A stretch of DNA of 64,000 nucleotides, taken from NCBI GenBank assembly GCA_016708925.1, contig JADJET010000003.1, positions 82,465 through 146,464 on the forward strand, read 5' to 3'. This stretch comes from Gammaproteobacteria bacterium (GTDB lineage Bacteria; Pseudomonadota; Gammaproteobacteria; Pseudomonadales; Porticoccaceae). The notes under the pieces are model-generated. The model saw nothing but the letters and a program-made list of their open reading frames with translations, was not told where the DNA came from and made no database searches. Numbering within the stretch: position 1 is the first letter of the stretch; the number at the start of each line of letters is the position of its first letter. A program made the position numbers and the translations under genes. This document shows, in pieces, positions 57,596 through 64,000 of the stretch.

Positions 57596-59563
57596 TCAGC
57601 GGGGTTCGGGACGACCCAGCAAGAATCCCTGGCCGGCATCGACGCCGAGTCCGGCACAGATGCTCCATTCGGTTTCCTGCTCGATGCCTTCGACCAGCAA
57701 GGGAATCTCCCGGGCCCGCATCAACTCGGCCATGAATTTCAGGTAAAACTGATTATCGCGATGCTGATCGATATCGCGGGTGATGCCCCGGTGGACCTTG
57801 ACATGCGCCAGCGGCAGACTGCCCAGATAAGCAAAATTGGATGATTCCAGCCCGAAGTGATCGAGCGCAAAACCGCTGCCATGGCTGCCCACCAGGCGCT
57901 GAAAGTCGCGCGTCGCACCTTCGGCAACCGCAAGTGCCCGCTCGGGCACCTCAAATACCAGACGGTTGGCGAGCGCCCGATTGACCGCCAGAAACTCACC
58001 CAACCAACCGTGAAAACCAGCCGACTGAACCGACTGGATACTGAGATTCACCGCGTACATCGGCAAATCGAGGTCGGTGCGCGCGGCCAGCAGTTCCAGC
58101 ACCAGGCGATCATAGGCAGCGGCGCGCCCGACCCGCTCCACCATGGGCAGCAACACACCCGCAGCGATGGCGTGCACCCCCGCCTCGGTCCACATCCGGC
58201 TGTAGACCTCGCAGCCGATCAGGTTGCGTCCCGGCACGCCCACCGTGGGCTGATAGAGCAACTCGAGGGCACGCCGCTCCAGCAGGCGCTCGATCAGATC
58301 GATCCAGTCGAAGCCTGGACGCGACACCAGCGGAATCGCACCGGCATCAGCGGCGCCATGGAGAAGGTAATTGGGCGCCGCCCCGGTCGCAACCTGGCGC
58401 AATGCCTGATCCGCTTCCCCCAGCAAATCGGTTTCACGATCGATGGCGGGGCTGTAGCTGTAGCCCATGCGAAACCGCGGCGGAAGTCTTTCCCGGTGCG
58501 GAAAAGCCACGGCTTCGGCGCAGCGCAGCGCGCGCAGCGCCGCCACGCCCGCTTCCCTGGCATCCAGATCAGGGACAAAAACCGCGAATTCGGCGCCCTG
58601 CCGGCGCGCCACCTGGGCTCCGGGATACTGCGCCATTCCTGCCCGCAAGCTATCGCCAATCGCCGCCAGTAAAGCATTGCCCTCCAGGCGACCGGCCAGA
58701 TCGTTAACCCGCGCGAGATCATCCAGCGCAATGATCGCCAGCATCCCACGCCGCGCTTCCATGTCGTCGGCAATGAGAGCGTTCATCCGCGCATCAAAGT
58801 CCGCGCGATTGGCGAGACCCGTCACCGGGTCAACCGCTGCGGCGCGCCGCAGGTCCGCAATCATGCCCGCCTGACTCGCGAACAGCTGACCCAGGCGATG
58901 CGCCATGCGGTTCATGGCATCGACGACGGACCGCAACTCGCGCGCCCGCGGCAACGTTTCCTGGACAACGAACTGCTGCTCGCGAATAGCGTCCGCCTGC
59001 GCTTCGATGCGCCGCAGCGGTCGCAGCAACCAGCGCAAACCGATGATGCCAAGCCCGCAAAGCAGCATTGTGGCCACGGAGAACCACAGCAATTGCTCCC
59101 ATGCCAACTGCCATAGCTGGCAATAGGTCTGGCCCGGATTGCTGACCACCACGACCTCGCCCAAGCGGTTCCAGCCAGTCGATACCTCGGCACGACCGGT
59201 GTACTCGGGCAACGCCATCAGCGCGACAAACCAGTCCGGTATGCCGAGATCCCGTACCGGAAACTCCCTCGCCAAACGAATATCGCCGCCGGGCCCCTGA
59301 AACTGGATCTGCTGGTAATACCCGCCATCGGAAATGGCGTTAAACAGCACTTCCTGGAGCGTCGGATCCGCAGCGATGTCCCCCTGAGACAACGCCAGCG
59401 CAATGGACGTCGCGGCGTCCTGAGCGTGAACCGCCATCTGCTGCTCCACCAGGGCACGCGTATTGGAGAGACTGATCGCGCTGTTGACGCCATACAGCAA
59501 CAGCGTCAGCGTCAGCACGGCCAACACCAACTGTCGAAAAAGAGTCACGCACGCACCTGTCAA
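57596..59563 (-). CDS. lapD: LapD-like inner-membrane c-di-GMP receptor (LapD/MoxY N-terminal domain, HAMP, degenerate GGDEF, EAL-like)
   Basis: 655 aa. Two TM helices flank a periplasmic domain, followed by a HAMP region. The GGDEF position reads RQGAEF and the EAL position reads EVY. Divergent from a LapG-type protease gene. Confidence 0.7.
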   Translation of the reverse strand: MTGACVTLFRQLVLAVLTLTLLLYGVNSAISLSNTRALVEQQMAVHAQDAATSIALALSQGDIAADPTLQEVLFNAISDGGYYQQIQFQGPGGDIRLAREFPVRDLGIPDWFVALMALPEYTGRAEVSTGWNRLGEVVVVSNPGQTYCQLWQLAWEQLLWFSVATMLLCGLGIIGLRWLLRPLRRIEAQADAIREQQFVVQETLPRARELRSVVDAMNRMAHRLGQLFASQAGMIADLRRAAAVDPVTGLANRADFDARMNALIADDMEARRGMLAIIALDDLARVNDLAGRLEGNALLAAIGDSLRAGMAQYPGAQVARRQGAEFAVFVPDLDAREAGVAALRALRCAEAVAFPHRERLPPRFRMGYSYSPAIDRETDLLGEADQALRQVATGAAPNYLLHGAADAGAIPLVSRPGFDWIDLIERLLERRALELLYQPTVGVPGRNLIGCEVYSRMWTEAGVHAIAAGVLLPMVERVGRAAAYDRLVLELLAARTDLDLPMYAVNLSIQSVQSAGFHGWLGEFLAVNRALANRLVFEVPERALAVAEGATRDFQRLVGSHGSGFALDHFGLESSNFAYLGSLPLAHVKVHRGITRDIDQHRDNQFYLKFMAELMRAREIPLLVEGIEQETEWSICAGLGVDAGQGFLLGRPEPR

Positions 59564-59675
59564 AAGGGATGCGGCAGTCTAGCCAAACGTGCGGAGCATT
59601 GCCAAATGCGCGCTCTGTCACAGTTCGGCAGTGACGTCGACGGCACAACCACAGCCCGGTGCTAGCATCCCCCGC

Positions 59676-60365
59676 ATGAGCAAATCCTCCCGTTCAATAC
59701 TGAACTCGGCTGCCAGCCGACGCGGCTGCACGCTGCTGTTGATATGCGCTTGCGTTCTGCTAGGAAATACGACCCACGCCGACCCGGCACTGGTCGACTG
59801 GAACGAATCAACTCGGTTTGATGACTGGTATATGCAGGGCGATGCGGCCCGGCTGCAACGCTGGAGAGATATTATCGCCAGCGGTCAGCACCTGGATGAA
59901 GCGGAAAAATTGAGTCTGGCAAACGATTTCTTCAACGGCGCCCGCTTCGTGTCCGACGCGGAGCTCTACGGTGTCGCGGATTACTGGGCAACGCCCACCG
60001 AATTCATCGCGCGCGACGCCGGCGACTGCGAGGATTTCGCCATCGCCAAGTACTTCACGCTGAAAGCGATGGGCATGGATGTCGCCAAACTGCGCATAAC
60101 CTATGTGAAGTCGCTGACGCTGGATCAGGCCCACATGGTGTTGGCCTATTACCCGACACCGGATGCGGAACCGCTGATTCTCGACAACCTCAATCGCCTC
60201 ATCAAGTCGGCCGGCCAGCGTCGCGACTTGCGTCCGGTGTACAGCTTTAACGCCGAGGCGCTGTGGCTCTCACGCACCCGCAACGAGCAGATCAAGACCG
60301 GAAGCCCCTCGCAGCTGAACCAATGGCGCCAGATGGTGGCGCGCCTGGACCCTGAATTGCGTTAA
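59676..60365 (+). CDS. lapG: transglutaminase-like cysteine peptidase (BTLCP/DUF920, LapG-like)
   Basis: 229 aa from MSKSSRSIL (ATG 59676). Signal peptide, catalytic-Cys context ARDAGDCEDFAIAKYFTL, and HMVLAYY...LILDN. Confidence 0.75.
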   Translation: MSKSSRSILNSAASRRGCTLLLICACVLLGNTTHADPALVDWNESTRFDDWYMQGDAARLQRWRDIIASGQHLDEAEKLSLANDFFNGARFVSDAELYGVADYWATPTEFIARDAGDCEDFAIAKYFTLKAMGMDVAKLRITYVKSLTLDQAHMVLAYYPTPDAEPLILDNLNRLIKSAGQRRDLRPVYSFNAEALWLSRTRNEQIKTGSPSQLNQWRQMVARLDPELR

Positions 60366-60405
60366 ACCACCGCTGCCGCCCCATGACCGTGGCCGACGAC
60401 GCTGG

Positions 60406-61197
60406 TTACGCGGGAACACTCGCAACACCAGCAACTATGTCGAGCACGCGCAATTCCTCGAGGAGTTGCACACCGCCTGCGACCACGGCGTCGACATCCT
60501 CCCGTCCCAGCTCATCGGCAATCTGTCGCAACACGGCGGCGCCGGTGCCGCCTGCCACCGGTGGTGCGGACTGCAACAGATCCAGCAGGCGGGCAGTGAC
60601 CGCATTGGCTTCCAGGAATTTCACCTCGTCGCCGCGATTGCGGTACACCACCAAAAACGTGGGCTGCGGCGGCGGCGCGGCCGGCTGATACGTCTGCCCC
60701 AGCCGATGCACGGGATAGCGGTAGGAAAGGCTCCACGCCAGCGGTGACACCAGCGGCCGCCCGCACAGCAAATCTCCCGCGGGATCGACGCCGACCTCTG
60801 GATAGTCGATCTCCGCCACCTCCAGCGCGAGCTCCACCCACTCGTAATGCGCCAGCTCCAGCAGGAAATCGGGATCGCCGACGGCGGGTTCGTATTCGTT
60901 CTGAAGATACGTGATGAATTCGCGGCCGATCTCGAGAAAATACGGCGATTCCGCACGATGCCGAACCATGAAGTCTCGCACCAGGACATCGGTGCGCGCC
61001 GGTCCCAGGATATCGCACAGTACCGGGAAACCACTGCGGATAAAGCCGGCGATGTTGTTGAAAACAAGCTCCCGGTAAATCCGCACACGCCGCGGTTCGA
61101 CGCCGGGCGGCGCCGGATTGCGATCCGGATCGCGCAGATGCGCGACAAACTGGCGCTGCACGCGCCGAAACTCCGGCAATGCAGCGCAATCGCTCAT
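60406..61197 (-). CDS. hvfC: DUF2063 protein, HvfC/MbnC-like RiPP maturation partner
   Basis: 263 aa. [12 protein letters not shown]...YRELVFNNI...L..FP N-terminal DUF2063 block. ATGA overlap with the upstream DUF692 gene. Confidence 0.7.
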   Translation of the reverse strand: MSDCAALPEFRRVQRQFVAHLRDPDRNPAPPGVEPRRVRIYRELVFNNIAGFIRSGFPVLCDILGPARTDVLVRDFMVRHRAESPYFLEIGREFITYLQNEYEPAVGDPDFLLELAHYEWVELALEVAEIDYPEVGVDPAGDLLCGRPLVSPLAWSLSYRYPVHRLGQTYQPAAPPPQPTFLVVYRNRGDEVKFLEANAVTARLLDLLQSAPPVAGGTGAAVLRQIADELGREDVDAVVAGGVQLLEELRVLDIVAGVASVPA

Positions 61198-62048
61198 GCC
61201 GTCACCACAGCCAGGCGCCGCGCAGCCAAAGTCGCCGTCTGGATCGCGCCGATCTTGGCGACTTCCGCCAGGAGCAGTTCCACCGGCGGGATATTGAAGT
61301 CGCGCTCAAGCAGCGTCGGAAAAACCCCAAAGCGCCGATAGGCCGATTGCAGCAGCGCCCACACCGGGTCGATCACGTCGGCACCGTGGGTATCCACGAG
61401 CAGATCCTCGGCTTCGACGAAATGGCCGGCGATATGGCCGTAGGCAATGCGCGCGCCGGGAATCTGCGCCAGGAACGCTTCCGGGTCGTAACCGTGATTG
61501 ACGCTGTTGACATAGACATTGTTGATGTCGAGCAGCAGATCGCAATCCGCTTCAATCAATACCGCGTTGAGAAATTCGATCTCGCTCATGTCGCACAGCG
61601 GCGCGGCATAGTAGGAGACGTTTTCGATTGCGATGCGGCGTTCGAGCATATCCTGCACCTGGCGGATACGCGCCGCCACATGGTGGACGGCTTCGGCGGT
61701 AAACGGCATCGGGAGCAAGTAGTAGAGGTGGCCCTGATCGCTACAGTAGCTCAGGTGTTCGGAGTAAGAGAGGACACGATGGCGCCGGAGAAATTCCTTG
61801 ATCCCGGCGAGCAGCTCCCGGTCAAGCGCATCGGCGGAACCCAGGGAGAGGGACAAGCCGTGACAGACGAAGGGAAAGCGCTCGGTATACTCCGCCAGTT
61901 GGCGCCCCAACCGGCCACCGACACGCATCCAGTTCTCGGGCGCGACCTCCAGAAACTGCACGTCCGCGGCGGTGCGGGACGACAGCGGACCCAGTAGGGT
62001 CCGCCGCAGCCCCAGACCGGAACCCGCCAGCGGGATCGCGGCCGACAT
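61194..62048 (-). CDS. hvfB: DUF692 (UPF0276) multinuclear non-heme iron oxidative enzyme, HvfB/MbnB-like
   Basis: 284 aa from [16 protein letters not shown] (ATG 62046-62048). [26 protein letters not shown] and [10 protein letters not shown] blocks of the TIM-barrel DUF692 family. Confidence 0.8.
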   Translation of the reverse strand: MSAAIPLAGSGLGLRRTLLGPLSSRTAADVQFLEVAPENWMRVGGRLGRQLAEYTERFPFVCHGLSLSLGSADALDRELLAGIKEFLRRHRVLSYSEHLSYCSDQGHLYYLLPMPFTAEAVHHVAARIRQVQDMLERRIAIENVSYYAAPLCDMSEIEFLNAVLIEADCDLLLDINNVYVNSVNHGYDPEAFLAQIPGARIAYGHIAGHFVEAEDLLVDTHGADVIDPVWALLQSAYRRFGVFPTLLERDFNIPPVELLLAEVAKIGAIQTATLAARRLAVVTA

Positions 62049-62056
62049 GTCAGGAC

Positions 62057-62401
62057 TCAGGGCTTGACGTCGGAGCCCGCCGGTTTGGTGTCGGACTCCG
62101 CGGCCTGGCCTTCCGCGTCGGCTTTGGCCGCTGCTTTGCCGCCTCCACACTTGCCCTCGCCGGCCGTCTTGGCCTTCTCCCCGCCACAATTGCCCTCGTG
62201 CGCTTTCTTCATACTTTCGCCACACTTGCCCTCACCGCACTTGCCCTCGGTCATGGCCTTCTCGGCGAGGTTGTAGCCGCCACTGAGGCTGTTGGCGTGA
62301 AAGGGATTTTCGGCCGCCCGCGCCAGGGGCGCCAGTGCTACCGATGCGAGGAAAGCGGCGCCGACGGCTGCAGCAATGGGGTTTTTCGTCTGTGTTGCCA
62401 T
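62057..62401 (-). CDS. hvfA: secreted EGKCG-repeat RiPP precursor (HvfA-type metallophore precursor)
   Basis: 114 aa. Sec signal [29 protein letters not shown], then [14 protein letters not shown] and four Cys in [11 protein letters not shown]...EGNCGG...EGKCGG, with a low-complexity K/A/E tail. Confidence 0.75.
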   Translation of the reverse strand: MATQTKNPIAAAVGAAFLASVALAPLARAAENPFHANSLSGGYNLAEKAMTEGKCGEGKCGESMKKAHEGNCGGEKAKTAGEGKCGGGKAAAKADAEGQAAESDTKPAGSDVKP

Positions 62402-62433
62402 GATGGATATCCTTTGGTTGTTGGCGCCAGATC

Positions 62434-62460
62434 ATTGGTGCCAGGTTTATTGGTGCCAAG
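62434..62460. promoter_or_regulatory. tandem near-palindromic repeats ATTGGTGCCA(G/A)G upstream of hvfA
   Basis: Copies at 62434-62445 and 62449-62460 (15-bp register), 33-60 nt upstream of the hvfA ATG. The core TTGGTGCCAA is a near-perfect palindrome. Confidence 0.3.
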
Positions 62461-62620
62461 TCATCGGCTCAGTGTTGGTCGCCGTGACGGCCACTCCCTT
62501 ACACGCAGGGGCCGCAGGTATGATTGACGCCGCAAGGGAAAGTTGCAACCGCACCCGCCAGCAAAGCGAAGCCGGCGCCTGCGCTATCATTGCCGCCCCT
62601 CAAAAAGGCGGCCGCGCTCC

Positions 62621-63094
62621 GTGTCAGCCGAATCCGTATCTACCGCTGTAACCAGTCACTACGCTGCGCTCCCCGCGGCCCCGCTCTGGCGCCGCCTCGC
62701 GGCGCTGGTCTACGACGGCCTGCTGCTGATTGCGCTGGGTTTTGCGTACAGCGGAATTATCTTGACGGTTCAGGCGCAATTTTTCGGCGCCCGTGAGGCA
62801 CAGCCGCTGGGCGGACCTGGGCTTGCGGGGCTGTGGCTGTGCCTGTCGCTGTATTACATCTGGTGCTGGCGCCGCGCCGGCCAGACGCTGGGCATGAAAA
62901 CCTGGCGGCTGCGGCTGCAACGGCCGGACGGCAGCCCGCCCACCTGGCGCCAAGCCTGGCTGCGCTGCCTGCTGGCACCGTTGTCGCTGGTTTCGGTGGT
63001 GGGTTATCTGTGGTGCCTGTGGAGTCGCTCCGGGGATTGCCTGCACGATCTCGGCAGCGGGACGCGTCTGGTGGTGCTGCCGAAATCCCGTTAG
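62621..63094 (+). CDS. RDD family membrane protein
   Basis: About 157 aa from GTG 62621 (start uncertain; the track ORF starts at 62543). PLWRRLAALVYDGLLL, GQTLGMKTWRLRL and HDLGSGTRLV fit the RDD family pattern. Confidence 0.7.
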   Translation: MSAESVSTAVTSHYAALPAAPLWRRLAALVYDGLLLIALGFAYSGIILTVQAQFFGAREAQPLGGPGLAGLWLCLSLYYIWCWRRAGQTLGMKTWRLRLQRPDGSPPTWRQAWLRCLLAPLSLVSVVGYLWCLWSRSGDCLHDLGSGTRLVVLPKSR

Positions 63095-63123
63095 TCGCCC
63101 GACTTTCATTACCGCCGCGGCGG

Positions 63124-64000
63124 TCAGGCCGCTCGGCGCAACAACACCAATCCCACCGCAAGGCAAACGAGCACAGGCGCCATCACCGCCCAGAAGGGCG
63201 CAAATCCGAACACCAGGCTCGAAGGGCCGAGCAGCTTCAGGCTGGTCTGAAACACCACGCCGACCAGCACGCCGGAAAACACCCGGAATCCGGTGGTGGA
63301 TTCCCGCAGCGGTCCGAACACGAAAGATACCGCGACCAGCAACAGGCTGAAAATGACCGCCGGTTGCAGAACCTTGGACCAATAGGCGAGCTGGTATGCG
63401 CCCGCTTGCAGGCCCTGGCGTTCCAGGTAATCGGCATAGCTGCCCAACCGGCGCATCGGCAGCGCATCCGGCGCCATCATCGTCAGGGTGAGCAGATCCG
63501 GCGAGAGATCGGTGTCCCAGCGGCGGGTCGCGAAGCGGTCGGTCTCGGTGGCGGTGTCGTTCAGACGCGTGATGACGCCATCCTCCTCGACCCAGTGATC
63601 GCCGCGAAAATTGGCGCGCGCCGCGAAACTCGCTTCCCGCAGCCGGTAGTCGGCGTCAAAACGGTAACGCGCGACTCCCGCCAAATGCCCACCGGGATAG
63701 ATGGCGTTGAAGTGTATGAACTCATCGCCCTCGCGATTCCACACGCCGCTGCGCGCCGAAAAAGTTTCCTTCTCGCCGAGCAATGCCATTTTGCGGCTCT
63801 CGGCCCACTGTCCCGACACCGGCACCACAAATTCGCCGAGCAGACCGCCGACGACGATCAGCAGCAGCACGGGCCGCGCCGCGAAACCCGCGATCCGCAG
63901 CAGTGATACGCCCGCCGTGCGCATCACGACCAGTTCGCTGCTGCCGGCCAGACTGCCCAGGCCGACCAGGGCACCGATCAGCACGGCGAATGGCAGGCTG
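63124..64000 (-). CDS. lptG: LPS export ABC transporter permease LptG (N-terminus beyond window end)
   Basis: C-terminal 290+ aa. SELVVMRTAGVS, the periplasmic beta-jellyroll region, and a C-terminal TM bundle matching the YjgP/YjgQ family. Confidence 0.85.
   Translation of the reverse strand, partial: SLPFAVLIGALVGLGSLAGSSELVVMRTAGVSLLRIAGFAARPVLLLIVVGGLLGEFVVPVSGQWAESRKMALLGEKETFSARSGVWNREGDEFIHFNAIYPGGHLAGVARYRFDADYRLREASFAARANFRGDHWVEEDGVITRLNDTATETDRFATRRWDTDLSPDLLTLTMMAPDALPMRRLGSYADYLERQGLQAGAYQLAYWSKVLQPAVIFSLLLVAVSFVFGPLRESTTGFRVFSGVLVGVVFQTSLKLLGPSSLVFGFAPFWAVMAPVLVCLAVGLVLLRRAA

Overview
High-GC (about 63-65% by eye) gammaproteobacterial chromosome segment. NhaD and the tol-pal/ruv/que synteny fit a halophilic Chromatiales/Ectothiorhodospiraceae-like organism, but that placement is only inference. 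Most of the window is housekeeping: aceEF, nadA, queCE, the full ybgC-tolQRAB-pal-cpoB cluster, ruvCAB, yebC, aspS, proS, purC, dapA-bamC, gltX, rsmJ, lptG, tRNA-Lys(UUU) and tRNA-Ala(GGC). Five accessory parts stand out. (1) Four tandem family-III CoA-transferase paralogs lie at 0.2-5.4 kb, with a MaoC-hydratase/CitE-lyase pair at 16.3-17.6 kb. (2) A 12.6-kb island at 35.0-47.6 kb is built from two convergent, translationally coupled operons. These encode a fatty acyl-AMP ligase, an SDR, an FA2H-type fatty-acid hydroxylase, an LpxL/PatA-family acyltransferase, three paralogous sulfotransferases, an Sfp-type PPTase, a 2OG-Fe oxygenase-like protein, two DXD glycosyltransferase-like paralogs, a DAG-kinase-fold lipid kinase and a Tam41-like nucleotidyltransferase. 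I read this as an undescribed pathway for a sulfated, hydroxylated lipid or glycolipid, and it is the best candidate for a novel system here. (3) A decayed low-GC scar at 47.6-50.3 kb holds G7/G11 tracts, Rhs/YD fragments, an IS3 transposase remnant and nhaD. (4) A 370-bp AT-rich island at 51.8-52.2 kb carries three DnaA-box-like 9-mers. (5) An HvfA/HvfB/HvfC-type (DUF692 MNIO + DUF2063) RiPP metallophore cluster with an EGKCG-repeat precursor lies at 60.4-62.4 kb, next to a divergent LapD/LapG pair. At least four genes, including essential aspS, carry single-base -1 frame breaks consistent with one-base losses in short nucleotide runs (explicit only for the T5 run in the FAAL), so assembly error is the likeliest cause. 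Many long ORFs in the supplied track are antisense or out-of-frame GC artefacts and were not called.
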